Source: a virus (Duplodnaviria > Heunggongvirae > Uroviricota > Caudoviricetes). From it: a stretch of DNA of 44,882 bases. Every line of letters starts with the position of its first letter. Position 1 is the first letter of the stretch. The stretch covers positions 1 to 44,882 of the IMG/VR virus record IMGVR_UViG_2872678658_000005; one strand, given 5' to 3'. This document shows, piece by piece, positions 27,713 to 39,014 of this stretch. Position numbers and translations under genes: made by a program. The notes beneath the pieces were generated by a model. It was not told where the DNA came from, ran no database searches, and saw only the letters and a list, made by a program, of their open reading frames with translations.

Positions 27713-30700
27713 TTTGGGGATTGATGCGGCAGAGTTTAAAAATGAAATTCCCCGTATCAAAAACCTTCTGAATGGTGCAGCCAGCGATGCAGAACGGTCT
27801 TCTGCCCGTATGCAGCGTTTTATGGAGCGTCAGACTCAGGCCGCCCGGCAGACAACGCAGGCGGCTTCTTCGGCTGCAACAGCCGCATCCGTCCATGCGC
27901 AGACGGTGGAGAAAAACGCACAGGCTCATGAACGCATGGCCCGCGAGGTGGAGAAAACCCGCCAGCGCATGGAGGCACTGAGCCAGAAAATGCGCGAGGA
28001 ACAGGCGCAGGCCATGGCTCTGGCGGAGGCTCAGGATAAAGCGGCTGCCGCGTTTTATCGTCAGATTGACAGTGTAAAACAGGCCAGTGCGGGACTGCAG
28101 GAATTACAGCGTATTCAGCAGCAGATCCGACAGGCCAGAAACAGTGGCGGGATTGGTCAGCAGGATTATCTGGCGCTGATTTCTGAGGTTACGGCGAAAA
28201 CCCGTGTTCTTACACAGGCTGAGGAAGAGGCTACCCGACAGAAAGTGGCGTTTATCCGTCAGCTTAAAGAGCAGGCAACCCGCCAGAATCTTTCTTCTTC
28301 TGAGTTGCTTCGTGCTAAGGCTGCCCAGCTGGGGGTAAGCAGTGCTGCAGAAGTGTATATCCGCAAAATGGAGCAGGCAGGAAAAGCAACGCATTCGCTG
28401 GGTCTGAAAAGTGCAGCGGCCCGTCAGGAGATAGGCGTTCTGATAGGTGAACTGGCCCGCGGCAATTTAGGTGCGCTGAGGGGATCCGGAATAACGCTGG
28501 CTAACCGTGCCGGATGGATAGACACATTGATGTCACCGAAAGGCATGATGCTTGGCGGGGTTATTGGCGGTATTGCCGCGGCTGTCTATGGTCTGGGTAA
28601 AGCCTGGTATGACGGTCAGAAGGAGGGGGAAGAATTTAACCGCCAGCTGTCGCTGACGGGGCATTATGCCGGAGTCACTGCCGGGCAGTTGTGGACGCTC
28701 AGTCGTGCTATTTCCGGGAATGGTATCACGCAACATGCTGCAGCCGGTGCGCTGGCTCAGGTGGTGGGGAGTGGTGCATTTCGTGGAAACGATATCGGTA
28801 TGGTGGCGAGAGCTGCCGCACAGATGGAGCGATCGGTTGGCCAGTCGGTCAGCGATACCATAAATCAGTTTAAGCGGCTGAAGGATGATCCTGTAAATGC
28901 CGCGAAGGCTCTGGACAATGAGCTGCATTTTCTTACTGCCACTCAGCTTGAGCAGATACGCGTCCTTGGGGAACAGGGGCGGTCCAGTGATGCGGCACGG
29001 ATAGCCATGTCTGCACTGGCAGAGGAAACCGGTCGGCGTACTGCGGATATTGATAATAACCTCAATGCGCTGGGCAGTACGCTGAAGTATCTGTCTGATT
29101 TATGGAGTCGTTTCTGGGATGCGGCCATGAATATTGGTCGTGAAGACTCGCTGGATGAACAGATTTCCGCTTTACAGGAGAAAGTGTCGCGGGCGAAAAG
29201 ACTCCCCTGGACGGCATCATCTTCTCAGGTTGAGTACGATCAGCAGCGTCTTAACGAGCTTCAGGAGAAAAAACGCCAGAAGGATTTGCAGGATGCAAAA
29301 GAGCAGGCAGAGCGGAATTATCAGGAGCAACAGAAACGCCGTAATGCTGAAAATGCTGCACTGAACCGGATGAATGAAACGGAAGCAGCACGACATCAGC
29401 GTGAAATTGCGCGTATTAATGCCATGCAGTACGCCGATCAGGCTGTCAGGGATGCGGCGATACAACGTGAAAATGAACGTTACGAGAAAGCCCTGGCATC
29501 CGGTAAGAAAAAAACACGCGAAACCCGTAATGATGAGGCCACCCGGTTATTGCTGCAGTACAGTCAGCAACAGGCACAGGTGGAAGGACAGATTGCTGCT
29601 GCAAGACAGTCAGCAGGCATTGCCACTGACAGGATGACAGAAGCGCATAAACAGCTTCTGGCTCTGCAGCAGCGCATCAGCGATCTGGACGGGAAAAAAC
29701 TGACGGCAGATGAAAAGAGTGTGCTGGCCCGTAAAGATGAACTGATTCAGGCACTGACGCTGCTGGATGTAAAACAGCAGGAGCTTCAGAAACAGACGGC
29801 ACTCAACGATCTGAAGAAAAAAACAATTCAGCTGACCAGTCAACTGGCTGAAGAAGAGCGCGCTCAGCGCCAGCAACATGACCTGGATATCGCCACGGTG
29901 GGTATGGGTGATCAGCAGCGGCAGCGATATCAGGTACAACTGAGTCTTCGCCAGAAATACCAGCAACAGCTGGAGCAGTTGAGGCGGGATAGTGAGCAGA
30001 AAGGAACATATAACACGGATGACTACAGAAAGGCCGAGCAGGCGCTGACGGAGAGCCTGAACCGACAACTGAATGAGAATCGCCGTTATTGGCAACAGCT
30101 TGAAATTGCTCAGGGTGACTGGAAAAACGGAGTCCTGCGTGCACTCCAGAATGTCACTGAGAAAGCGGATAACACAGCCGGGACAGTGGAACAGTTGTTC
30201 ACGTCTGCGTTCAGTAGCATGAGTGACTGGCTGGCGACATTCTGTACTACAGGCAAACTCAATTTCAAATCCTTCACCTCTTCTGTGCTGTCAGATATGT
30301 CCAGAATCATGGCTCAGATAGCTTTAATGAAAGCGGTAAAAGGTATTGCTTCCGCGCTGCCTTTTGATTTTGTAGCCAATGCTGATGGCGGTGTTTATCA
30401 GTCGGCTGATTTGAGTCGCTACAGTGGCACGGTGGTTAACCGTCCGACGTTTTTTGCTTTTGCAAAAGGCGCGGGTGTGATGGGGGAAGCTGGACCTGAA
30501 GCCATTCTGCCACTGCGTCGTGGTGCTGATGGTAAGCTGGGGGTTGTGGCGGATATTGGTGGTTCAGGAATGGCGATGTTTGCCCCGCAGTACAACATCG
30601 AGATCAATAACGATGGCACGAACGGGCAGATAGGTCCGGCTGCCCTGAAGGTGGTTTATGACCTTGGGAAAAAAGCGGCAGCGGACTTTATGCAACAGCA

Positions 30701-30740
30701 GGCCCGTGATGGTGGTCGGTTAAGTGGAGCATATCGGTAA
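27684..30740 (+). CDS. tail tape measure protein (H-like, 1018 aa)
   Basis: Long coiled-coil/Ala-Gln-rich protein with GGAGGTG RBS. Confidence 0.9.
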   Translation: MDQIANLVIDLGIDAAEFKNEIPRIKNLLNGAASDAERSSARMQRFMERQTQAARQTTQAASSAATAASVHAQTVEKNAQAHERMAREVEKTRQRMEALSQKMREEQAQAMALAEAQDKAAAAFYRQIDSVKQASAGLQELQRIQQQIRQARNSGGIGQQDYLALISEVTAKTRVLTQAEEEATRQKVAFIRQLKEQATRQNLSSSELLRAKAAQLGVSSAAEVYIRKMEQAGKATHSLGLKSAAARQEIGVLIGELARGNLGALRGSGITLANRAGWIDTLMSPKGMMLGGVIGGIAAAVYGLGKAWYDGQKEGEEFNRQLSLTGHYAGVTAGQLWTLSRAISGNGITQHAAAGALAQVVGSGAFRGNDIGMVARAAAQMERSVGQSVSDTINQFKRLKDDPVNAAKALDNELHFLTATQLEQIRVLGEQGRSSDAARIAMSALAEETGRRTADIDNNLNALGSTLKYLSDLWSRFWDAAMNIGREDSLDEQISALQEKVSRAKRLPWTASSSQVEYDQQRLNELQEKKRQKDLQDAKEQAERNYQEQQKRRNAENAALNRMNETEAARHQREIARINAMQYADQAVRDAAIQRENERYEKALASGKKKTRETRNDEATRLLLQYSQQQAQVEGQIAAARQSAGIATDRMTEAHKQLLALQQRISDLDGKKLTADEKSVLARKDELIQALTLLDVKQQELQKQTALNDLKKKTIQLTSQLAEEERAQRQQHDLDIATVGMGDQQRQRYQVQLSLRQKYQQQLEQLRRDSEQKGTYNTDDYRKAEQALTESLNRQLNENRRYWQQLEIAQGDWKNGVLRALQNVTEKADNTAGTVEQLFTSAFSSMSDWLATFCTTGKLNFKSFTSSVLSDMSRIMAQIALMKAVKGIASALPFDFVANADGGVYQSADLSRYSGTVVNRPTFFAFAKGAGVMGEAGPEAILPLRRGADGKLGVVADIGGSGMAMFAPQYNIEINNDGTNGQIGPAALKVVYDLGKKAAADFMQQQARDGGRLSGAYR

Positions 30741-31069
30741 TGGAGACGTTTCACTGGAAAGTGCGCCCGGATATGAATGTGGTATCAGAGCCGAAAGTGG
30801 TGACAGTGAAGCTGGGCGATGGTTATGAACAGCGTCGTGCGGCGGGACTGAATAACCAGTTGTCGACTTACAGCGTGACGATACGTGTTCGTAAATGTGA
30901 ACACCCATCTTTGAAAGCCTTTCTGGAACGGCACGGTGGCGTCCGCGCATTTCAGTGGACGCCACCTTATGACTGGAAGCCGATCAGGGTGGTTTGTCGT
31001 AAATGGTCGGCAAGCGTGGGGGCGCTGTGGGTAACCATAACGGCAGATTTTGAACAGGTCGTGGCATAG
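30740..31069 (+). CDS. minor tail protein M (109 aa)
   Basis: Translation aligns by eye with lambda gpM (FxWKVxP...GDGYxQR...FEQVV); TAATG overlap with the tape measure stop. Confidence 0.85.
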   Translation: METFHWKVRPDMNVVSEPKVVTVKLGDGYEQRRAAGLNNQLSTYSVTIRVRKCEHPSLKAFLERHGGVRAFQWTPPYDWKPIRVVCRKWSASVGALWVTITADFEQVVA

Positions 31070-31078
31070 GAGGCCCTG

Positions 31079-31777
31079 ATGCAGGATATTCCACAGGAAA
31101 CACATCATGAGACGACACGCCTTACTCAGTCAGCCCTGGTGGTGCTCTGGGAAATCGATCTGACAGAGGTCGGTGGTGAACGTTATTTTTTCTGTAATGA
31201 GCAGAACGAAAAAGGTGAGCCGGTCACCTGGCAGGGGCGGCAGTATCAGGCATACCCCATTCAGGGGACGGGATTTGAACTGAACGGTAAGGGCAGTGCT
31301 GCCCGTCCGACACTGACGGTCTCTAACCTGCACGGCATGGTCACCGGGATGGCGGAAGACCTGCAGAGTCTGGTCGGCGGAACGGTGGTCAGGCGTAAGG
31401 TTTACGCCCGTTTTCTGGATGCGGTGAACTTCGTCAACGGAAACAGCGACGCCGATCCGGAGCAGGAGGTGATCAGCCTCTGGCGCATCGAGCAGTGCAG
31501 CGAACTGAGTGCGGTCAGTGCCTCCTTTGTGCTCTCCACACCGACGGAAACGGATGGTGCTGTTTTTCCGGGGCGCATCATGCTGGCCAACACCTGCACC
31601 TGGACCTATCGCGGTGATGAGTGCGGTTATCATGGTCCGGCTGTCGCGGATGAATATGACCAGCCGACGTCCGATATCACGAAGGATAAATGCAGCAAAT
31701 GCCTGAGCGGCTGTAAGTTTCGCAATAACGTCGGCAACTTTGGCGGCTTCCTTTCCATTAACAAACTTTCGCAGTAA
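31079..31777 (+). CDS. minor tail protein L (232 aa)
   Basis: Lambda gpL-like, including the C-terminal Cys cluster (TCTWTYRGDECGYHG...CSKCLSGCKFRNN). Confidence 0.85.
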   Translation: MQDIPQETHHETTRLTQSALVVLWEIDLTEVGGERYFFCNEQNEKGEPVTWQGRQYQAYPIQGTGFELNGKGSAARPTLTVSNLHGMVTGMAEDLQSLVGGTVVRRKVYARFLDAVNFVNGNSDADPEQEVISLWRIEQCSELSAVSASFVLSTPTETDGAVFPGRIMLANTCTWTYRGDECGYHGPAVADEYDQPTSDITKDKCSKCLSGCKFRNNVGNFGGFLSINKLSQ

Positions 31778-31781
31778 TCCC

Positions 31782-32525
31782 ATGACACAGACAGAATCAG
31801 CGATTCTGGCGCACGCCCGGCGATGTGCGCCAGCGGAGTCGTGCGGCTTCGTGGTGAGAACGCCGGAAGGGGAAAGATATTTTCCCTGCGTGAATATCTC
31901 CGGTGAGCCGGAGGCGTATTTCCGGATGTCGCCGGAGGACTGGCTGCGGGCAGAGATGCAGGGTGAGATTGTGGCGCTGGTCCACAGCCACCCCGGTGGT
32001 CTGCCCTGGCTGAGTGAGGCTGACAGGCGGCTGCAGGTGCAGAGCGATTTGCCTTGGTGGCTGGTCTGCCGGGGTGAGATTCATAAATTCCGCTGTGTGC
32101 CGCATCTTACCGGGCGGCGCTTTGAGCACGGGGTGACGGATTGTTACACGCTGTTCCGGGATGCTTATCATCTGGCGGGGATTGAGATGCCGGACTTTCA
32201 TCGTGAGGATGACTGGTGGTGTAACGGCCAGAATCTCTATCTGGATAATCTGGAGGCCACAGGGCTGTATCAGGTGCCGTTGTCAGCGGCGCAGCCGGGC
32301 GATGTGCTGCTGTGCTGTTTTGGTTCATCGGTGCCGAATCATGCCGCCATTTACTGCGGCGACGGTGAGCTGTTGCACCATATTCCTGAACAACTGAGCA
32401 AACGAGAGAGGTATACCGACAAATGGCAGCGACGCACACACTCCCTCTGGCGTCACCGGGCATGGCACGCATCTGCCTTTACGGGGATTTACAACGATTT
32501 GGCCGCCGCATCGACCTTCGTGTAA
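31782..32525 (+). CDS. tail assembly protein K (JAB/MPN plus NlpC/P60 domains, 247 aa)
   Basis: Start at MTQTESAIL; HSHP metalloprotease motif and NlpC/P60-like Cys/His region. Confidence 0.85.
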   Translation: MTQTESAILAHARRCAPAESCGFVVRTPEGERYFPCVNISGEPEAYFRMSPEDWLRAEMQGEIVALVHSHPGGLPWLSEADRRLQVQSDLPWWLVCRGEIHKFRCVPHLTGRRFEHGVTDCYTLFRDAYHLAGIEMPDFHREDDWWCNGQNLYLDNLEATGLYQVPLSAAQPGDVLLCCFGSSVPNHAAIYCGDGELLHHIPEQLSKRERYTDKWQRRTHSLWRHRAWHASAFTGIYNDLAAASTFV

Positions 32526-33070
32526 AAACGGGGGCTGAAGCCATCCGGGCGTTGTCCACACAGCTCCCGGCGTTTCGTCAGAAACTGAATGACGGCTGGT
32601 ATCAGGTGCGCATTGCCGGGCGTGATGCAGGTGAAACCGAATTATCTGCCCGTCTTAATGAGCCGCTGGCAAATGGTGCCGTGATCCATATCGTGCCGCG
32701 TCTGGCGGGAGCTAAAAGTGGCGGTGTGTTTCAGGTGGTGCTGGGGGCGGCGCTGATTGCGGTGGCATGGTGGAACCCTGTGGGCTGGCTGGGTGCCGCG
32801 GCTGTATCGGGCATGTATGCGGCAGGGGCCAGTATGATCCTGGGTGGTGTGGCCCAGATGCTGGCACCGAAAGCCCGGACGCCCACAGCGACCAGCACGG
32901 ATAACGGTAAGCAGAACACCTATTTCTCATCACTGGATAACATGGTTGCCCAGGGCAATGTTCTGCCTGTTCTGTACGGTGAAATGCGCGTGGGGTCGCG
33001 GGTGGCTTCTCAGGAGATCAGCACGGCAGACGAGGGGGACGGTGGTCAGGTTGTGGTGATTGGTCGTTGA
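32423..33070 (+). CDS. tail assembly protein I (215 aa)
   Basis: MAATHTLPLASPGMARICLYGDLQRFGRRIDL... and ...YGEMRVGSRVASQEISTADEGDGGQVVVIGR match lambda gpI; overlaps the 3' end of K. Confidence 0.8.
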   Translation: MAATHTLPLASPGMARICLYGDLQRFGRRIDLRVKTGAEAIRALSTQLPAFRQKLNDGWYQVRIAGRDAGETELSARLNEPLANGAVIHIVPRLAGAKSGGVFQVVLGAALIAVAWWNPVGWLGAAAVSGMYAAGASMILGGVAQMLAPKARTPTATSTDNGKQNTYFSSLDNMVAQGNVLPVLYGEMRVGSRVASQEISTADEGDGGQVVVIGR

Positions 33071-33130
33071 TGAAAAACGTTTTATGTGAAACCGCCTCAG
33101 GGCGGTTTTGTCGTTTCTGGAGCGTGAGGA

Positions 33131-36100
33131 ATGGGTAAAGGCAGCAGTAAGGGGCATACCCCGCGCGAAGCGAAGGACAACCTGAAGTCCACGCAGATGC
33201 TGAGCGTGATAGACGCCATCAGTGAAGGGCCGATTGAAGGTCCGGTGGACGGATTAAAAAGTGTGCTGCTGAACAGTACGCCGGTGCTGGACAGTGAGGG
33301 GAATACCAACATTTCCGGTGTCACGGTGGTGTTCCGGGCAGGTGAGCAGGAGCAGACACCGCCGGAGGGATTTGAATCCTCCGGCTCCGAGACGGTGCTG
33401 GGTACGGAAGTGAAGTACGACACGCCGATTACCCGGACCATCACGTCTGCAAACATCGACCGTCTGCGCTTTACCTTCGGTGTGCAGGCACTGGTGGAAA
33501 CTACCTCAAAGGGGGACCGGAATCCGTCGGAAGTCCGCCTGCTGGTTCAGATACAGCGTAACGGTGGCTGGGTGACGGAAAAAGACATCACCATTAAAGG
33601 CAAAACCACCTCGCAGTATCTGGCCTCGGTGGTGGTGGATAACCTGCCGCCGCGCCCGTTTAATATCCGGATGCGCAGGATGACGCCGGACAGCACCACA
33701 GACCAGCTGCAGAACAAAACGCTCTGGTCGTCATACACCGAAATCATCGATGTGAAACAGTGCTACCCGAACACGGCACTGGTCGGCGTACAGGTGGACT
33801 CGGAGCAGTTCGGCAGCCAGCAGGTGAGTCGTAATTATCATCTTCGCGGGCGCATTCTGCAGGTGCCGTCGAACTATAACCCGCAGACGCGACAATACAG
33901 CGGTATCTGGGACGGAACGTTAAAACCGGCATACAGCAACAACATGGCCTGGTGTCTGTGGGATATGCTGACCCACCCGCGCTACGGCATGGGAAAACGT
34001 CTTGGTGCGGCGGATGTGGACAAATGGGCGCTGTATGTCATCGGCCAGTACTGCGACCAGTCAGTGCCGGACGGCTTTGGCGGCACGGAGCCGCGCATCA
34101 CCTGTAATGCGTACCTGACCACACAGCGCAAGGCGTGGGATGTGCTCAGTGATTTCTGCTCGGCGATGCGCTGTATGCCGGTATGGAACGGGCAGACGCT
34201 GACGTTCGTGCAGGACCGACCGTCGGATAAGGTGTGGGCCTATAACCGCAGTAATGTGGTGATGCCGGATGATGGCGCGCCGTTCCGCTACAGCTTCAGC
34301 GCCCTGAAAGACCGCCATAATGCCGTTGAGGTGAACTGGATTGACCCGAACAACGGCTGGGAGACGGCGACAGAGCTTGTTGAAGATACGCAGGCCATTC
34401 TCCGTTACGGTCGTAATGTTACGAAGATGGATGCCTTTGGCTGTACCAGCCGGGGGCAGGCACACCGCGCCGGGCTGTGGCTGATTAAAACGGAGCTGCT
34501 GGAGACGCAGACCGTGGATTTCAGCGTCGGCGCAGAAGGGCTTCGCCATGTACCGGGCGATGTTATTGAAATCTGCGATGATGACTATGCCGGTATCAGC
34601 ACCGGTGGTCGTGTGCTGGCGGTGAACAGCCAGACCCGGACGCTGACGCTCGACCGTGAAATCACGCTGCCATCCTCCGGTACCACGCTGATAAGCCTGG
34701 TTGACGGAAGTGGCAATCCGGTCAGCGTGGAGGTTCAGTCCGTCAACGACGGCGTGAAGGTAAAAGTGAGCCGTGTTCCTGAGGGTGTTGCTGAATACAG
34801 CGTATGGGGGCTGAAGCTGCCGACGCTGCGCCAGCGCCTGTTCCGCTGCGTGAGTATCCGTGAGAACGATGACGGCACGTATGCCATCACCGCCGTGCAG
34901 CATGTACCGGAGAAAGAAGCCATCGTGGATAACGGGGCGCACTTTGACGGTGACCAGAGCGGCACGGTGAATGGTGTCACGCCGCCAGCAGTGCAGTACC
35001 TGACCGCCGAAGTCACTGCAGACAGCGGGGAATATCAGGTGCTGGCGCGATGGGACACACCGAAGGTGGTGAAGGGCGTGAGCTTCCTGCTCCGTCTGAC
35101 CGTAACAGCGGACGACGGCAGTGAGCGACTGGTCAGCACGGCCCGGACGACGGAAACCACATACCGCTTCACGCAACTGGCGCTGGGGAACTACAGGCTG
35201 ACAGTCCGGGCGGTAAATGCCCGGGGGCAGCAGGGCGATCCGGCGTCGGTATCGTTCCGGATTGCCGCACCGGCAGCACCGTCGAGGATTGAGCTGACGC
35301 CGGGCTATTTTCAGATAACCGCCACGCCGCATCTTGCCATTTATGACCCGACGGTACAGTTTGAGTTCTGGTTCTCGGAAAAGCGGATTACCGATATCAG
35401 GCAGGTTGAAACCACAGCCCGCTATCTTGGCACGGCGCTGTACTGGATAGCCGCCAGTATCAATATCAAACCGGGCCATGATTATTATTTTTACATCCGC
35501 AGTGTGAACACCGTTGGCAAATCGGCATTTGTGGAGGCTGTTGGCCAGCCGAGTGATGATGCATCCGGCTATCTGGATTTTTTCAAAGGAGAGATAGGGA
35601 AAAGCCATCTGGCTCAGGAGCTGTGGACGCAGATTGATAACGGTCAGCTTGCGCCTGACCTGGCTGAAATCAGGACGTCCATTACGGATGTCAGCAATGA
35701 AATCACGCAGACCGTCAATAAGAAACTGGAAGACCAGAGTGCGGCAATTCAGCAGATACAGAAGGTTCAGGTTGATACAAATAATAACCTGAACAGCATG
35801 TGGGCTGTGAAGCTGCAGCAGATGCAGGACGGACGCCTTTATATCGCGGGTATTGGTGCCGGTATTGAGAATACCCCTGACGGTATGCAGAGTCAGGTGC
35901 TGCTGGCGGCGGACAGGATTGCGATGATTAATCCTGCGAATGGCAACACAAAGCCGATGTTTGTTGGTCAGGGCGATCAGATATTTATGAATGAAGTGTT
36001 CCTGAAATATCTGACGGCTCCCACCATTACCAGCGGCGGTAATCCTCCGGCATTTTCCCTGACACCGGACGGGCGGCTGACGGCAAAAAATGCCGATATC

Positions 36101-36610
36101 AGCGGTAACGTGAATGCGAACTCCGGGACGCTCAACAACGTCACGATTAACGAGAACTGCCGGGTTCTGGGAAAACTGTCCGCGAACCAGATTGAAGGCG
36201 ATCTCGTTAAAACAGTGGGCAAAGCTTTCCCCCGTGACTCCCGTGCACCGGAACGGTGGCCATCAGGGACCATTACCGTCAGGGTTTATGACGATCAGCC
36301 GTTTGACCGGCAAATTGTTATTCCAGCGGTGGCTTTCAGCGGTGCCAGACATGAACGGGAGAATAGCGATACTTATTCGTCATGCCGCCTGATAGTGAAG
36401 AAAAACGGGGCTGAAATTTATAACCGAACGGCTCTGGATAATACTCTGATTTACACGGGTGTTATTGATATGCCTGCAGGCAGTGGTGTCATGACACTGG
36501 AATTTTCTGTATCGGCATGGCTGGTAAATGGCTGGTATCCCACAGCAAGTATCAGCGATTTGCTGGTTGTGGTGATGAAGAAAGCCACTGCAGGCATCAT
36601 GATTAGCTGA
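33131..36610 (+). CDS. central tail fibre / host specificity protein J (1159 aa)
   Basis: [37 protein letters not shown]... is lambda-J-like; size and position match. Confidence 0.9.
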   Translation: MGKGSSKGHTPREAKDNLKSTQMLSVIDAISEGPIEGPVDGLKSVLLNSTPVLDSEGNTNISGVTVVFRAGEQEQTPPEGFESSGSETVLGTEVKYDTPITRTITSANIDRLRFTFGVQALVETTSKGDRNPSEVRLLVQIQRNGGWVTEKDITIKGKTTSQYLASVVVDNLPPRPFNIRMRRMTPDSTTDQLQNKTLWSSYTEIIDVKQCYPNTALVGVQVDSEQFGSQQVSRNYHLRGRILQVPSNYNPQTRQYSGIWDGTLKPAYSNNMAWCLWDMLTHPRYGMGKRLGAADVDKWALYVIGQYCDQSVPDGFGGTEPRITCNAYLTTQRKAWDVLSDFCSAMRCMPVWNGQTLTFVQDRPSDKVWAYNRSNVVMPDDGAPFRYSFSALKDRHNAVEVNWIDPNNGWETATELVEDTQAILRYGRNVTKMDAFGCTSRGQAHRAGLWLIKTELLETQTVDFSVGAEGLRHVPGDVIEICDDDYAGISTGGRVLAVNSQTRTLTLDREITLPSSGTTLISLVDGSGNPVSVEVQSVNDGVKVKVSRVPEGVAEYSVWGLKLPTLRQRLFRCVSIRENDDGTYAITAVQHVPEKEAIVDNGAHFDGDQSGTVNGVTPPAVQYLTAEVTADSGEYQVLARWDTPKVVKGVSFLLRLTVTADDGSERLVSTARTTETTYRFTQLALGNYRLTVRAVNARGQQGDPASVSFRIAAPAAPSRIELTPGYFQITATPHLAIYDPTVQFEFWFSEKRITDIRQVETTARYLGTALYWIAASINIKPGHDYYFYIRSVNTVGKSAFVEAVGQPSDDASGYLDFFKGEIGKSHLAQELWTQIDNGQLAPDLAEIRTSITDVSNEITQTVNKKLEDQSAAIQQIQKVQVDTNNNLNSMWAVKLQQMQDGRLYIAGIGAGIENTPDGMQSQVLLAADRIAMINPANGNTKPMFVGQGDQIFMNEVFLKYLTAPTITSGGNPPAFSLTPDGRLTAKNADISGNVNANSGTLNNVTINENCRVLGKLSANQIEGDLVKTVGKAFPRDSRAPERWPSGTITVRVYDDQPFDRQIVIPAVAFSGARHERENSDTYSSCRLIVKKNGAEIYNRTALDNTLIYTGVIDMPAGSGVMTLEFSVSAWLVNGWYPTASISDLLVVVMKKATAGIMIS

Positions 36611-36668
36611 ATTTTATAACCCAGATACGGGCGCCAGAAATGGCGCCTTTTTTATTTGTGGAGTGAAT

Positions 36669-39014
36669 ATGGCAGTACAGATTTCAGGTGTGCTGAAAGA
36701 TGGTGCGGGAAAACCAATACAGAACTGCACTATTCAACTGAAGGCAAAGCGTAACAGCACCACGGTACTGGTGAACACGGTGGCCTCTGAAAATCCGGAT
36801 GAAGCCGGGCGTTACAGCATGGATGTTGAGCATGGCCAGTACAGCGTCACCCTGCTGGTTGAAGGTTTTCCGCCTTCACATGCCGGAACCATTACCGTCT
36901 ATGAAGGTTCCAGACCAGGTACGCTGAATGATTTTCTCGGTGCCATGACGGAAGATGATGTCATGCCGGAGGCATTGCGTCGTTTTGAGGAAATGGTGGA
37001 AGAAGCGGCACGCAACGCTGAAGCCGCCTCTCAGAGCGCAGCGGCGGCAAAGAAATCCGAAACTGCAGCGGCATCATCGAAGAACGCGGCGAAAACCTCA
37101 GAAACGAATGCAGCTAACAGCGCACAGGCGGCAGCGGCCTCGCAGACTGCATCGGCAAACTCCGCAACAGCAGCTAAAAAATCAGAAACCAACGCGAAAA
37201 ATAGCGAGACAGCCGCAAAGACGAGCGAAACCAACGCAAAGTCCAGCCAGACGGCAGCGAAGACCAGCGAAACGAATGCCAAAGCCAGTGAAACTGCGGC
37301 AAAAAACAGCCAGGTTGCAGCAGCCCAAAGCGAGAGCGCGGCAGCCGGTTCTGCGACTTCAGCAGCTGGATCAGCAACTGCTACGGCTAACAGCCAGAAA
37401 GCTGCGAAGACGAGTGAAACTAACGCAAAGTCCAGCCAGACGGCAGCGAAGACCAGCGAAACGAATGCCAAAGCCAGCGAAACTGCGGCGAAAAACAGCC
37501 AGGTTGCAGCAGCCCAAAGCGAGAGCGCGGCAGCTGGTTCTGCAAGCGCGGCGGCTGCTTCTGCCACTGCATCAGCCAACAGTCAAAAAGCGGCAAAAAC
37601 CAGTGAAACCAATGCAAAGACAAGCGAGACTACAGCGGCGAACTCGGCGCAAGCATCGGCAGCAAGCCAGACAGCAGCTAAAGCAAGTGAGGATGCAGCC
37701 AGAGAGTATGCAAGCCAGGCAGCAGAGCCGTATAAATATGTCTTACAGCCACTGCCTGATGTGTGGATACCGTTTAACGATTCACTGGATATGCTTGCTG
37801 GCTTTTCGCCTGGTTATAAGCAAATAACTGTAGGTGATGATGTTATTAAAATGCCATCCGATAAGGTTGTTAGCTTCAAACGCGCATCAGGTGCAACATA
37901 CATTAATAAATCAGGTGTATTAACCGTTGCTGAAGTTGACGAACCGCGATTTGAACGAGAAGGTTTGCTGATTGAAGGACAGAGAACAAACTATTTCAGA
38001 AATTCAAATACACCAGAAGCATGGAATAACACGGGTAGTGTGTCTGTTGAGTCGTTCGACAGTGATAAGGGGTTTAACTATGGAAGGATAACTGTTATTA
38101 ATGAAAATCCGACAGCACAAGGATATCAGGCAATTGCTGTAAACACGAATGATGCTTACACCTGCCCGGCAGGTTCTTATACGACGATATCGTGTCTGAC
38201 GAAAAGTGATAATTCCCGGTGTCGTGCAAGGTTCGGAAAAATGTCTGATAATGGTGCGTTTGTTTTTCATTCAGATGCAGCTCTGGATCCTGTTACGGGA
38301 AATGTTGTTCATGGAAATAATGTGACGGTGACGGCAGAAAGAGTCGGTGAATGGTGGTTGTTTACCGCCACTCTTTTTGCAGATGCGGAAATGATAATCA
38401 GCTCAAGATTTGAAATCCTGGCGATGCCTGGAATCAGTATTATCCCCAATGGCTCTACGTTAGATATTGCGATGCCTCAGGCGGAGATTGGGTCGTACAG
38501 GACGTCATTTATCATTACTGAAGGGGCTCCTGGCACTCGCTCCAGCGACATGGTGACAATACCTGTAAGAAACAATATTCACCGATTACCATTCAGTGCT
38601 CTTGTTGAAGTTAATAAAAACTGGGATATCCCTCCCAGCAAATCACCATTAATCTTTAATGTTAAAGATTATCAGGAAAATGGTCTGTTCACGCATGGAT
38701 TCCGTGGTAATAATTTCTCTGATGCCGGTTCTCCTTTTATTTCTATGGGAGGGTGTAATAAATATGTGGCAACAACCCAGAGGAAAATCATTTCAGGCTT
38801 CCGTTGTGGCGCTGATGGAGATGTTCAGGCCGTATGTAATGGTGAATTATCTGTTGCGGCAAAAACAACATGGACTTCAATTGTTCCACGGGCAGTATTG
38901 CGAATTGGAGGGCAGGGCACTAATGGGGAGTATCATCTTTTTGGTCATATCCGTAATTTGCGTATCTGGCATAAAGAATTAACTGATGCGCAAATGGGGG
39001 AGAGTATTAAATGA
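36669..39014 (+). CDS. side tail fibre protein (Stf-like N-terminus, divergent AT-rich C-terminal domain, 781 aa)
   Basis: N-terminus MAVQISGVLKDGAGKPIQNCTIQLKA is lambda-Stf-like; central TSETNAK repeat region; C-terminal about 430 aa is AT-rich and unrecognised. Confidence 0.85.
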   Translation: MAVQISGVLKDGAGKPIQNCTIQLKAKRNSTTVLVNTVASENPDEAGRYSMDVEHGQYSVTLLVEGFPPSHAGTITVYEGSRPGTLNDFLGAMTEDDVMPEALRRFEEMVEEAARNAEAASQSAAAAKKSETAAASSKNAAKTSETNAANSAQAAAASQTASANSATAAKKSETNAKNSETAAKTSETNAKSSQTAAKTSETNAKASETAAKNSQVAAAQSESAAAGSATSAAGSATATANSQKAAKTSETNAKSSQTAAKTSETNAKASETAAKNSQVAAAQSESAAAGSASAAAASATASANSQKAAKTSETNAKTSETTAANSAQASAASQTAAKASEDAAREYASQAAEPYKYVLQPLPDVWIPFNDSLDMLAGFSPGYKQITVGDDVIKMPSDKVVSFKRASGATYINKSGVLTVAEVDEPRFEREGLLIEGQRTNYFRNSNTPEAWNNTGSVSVESFDSDKGFNYGRITVINENPTAQGYQAIAVNTNDAYTCPAGSYTTISCLTKSDNSRCRARFGKMSDNGAFVFHSDAALDPVTGNVVHGNNVTVTAERVGEWWLFTATLFADAEMIISSRFEILAMPGISIIPNGSTLDIAMPQAEIGSYRTSFIITEGAPGTRSSDMVTIPVRNNIHRLPFSALVEVNKNWDIPPSKSPLIFNVKDYQENGLFTHGFRGNNFSDAGSPFISMGGCNKYVATTQRKIISGFRCGADGDVQAVCNGELSVAAKTTWTSIVPRAVLRIGGQGTNGEYHLFGHIRNLRIWHKELTDAQMGESIK
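37215..37592 (+). repeat. tandem duplication (2 x about 189 bp) inside the tail fibre gene
   Basis: Two near-identical adjacent copies encoding AKTSETNAKSSQTAAKTSETNAKASETAAKNSQVAAAQSESAAAGSA... Confidence 0.6.

Noticed and set aside
34061-35608. 515-aa ORF on the minus strand inside the J gene
   Set aside because: Antisense to a well-supported tail-tip gene; low-complexity Arg/Ala/Gly-rich translation typical of an open reverse frame in GC-rich coding DNA; no RBS or recognisable domain.
37215-37592. Possible CRISPR array suggested by the repeated units in the tail fibre gene
   Set aside because: Only two long (about 189 bp) tandem copies, in frame within a coding sequence and with no short repeat-spacer periodicity; no cas genes in the window.
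36955-37827. 290-aa plus-strand ORF (Arg/Gln/Lys-rich) and several minus-strand ORFs (e.g. 37031..37579) within the tail fibre repeat region
   Set aside because: Alternative-frame readings of the repetitive TSETNAK-encoding DNA; repeat composition keeps off-frames open by chance.
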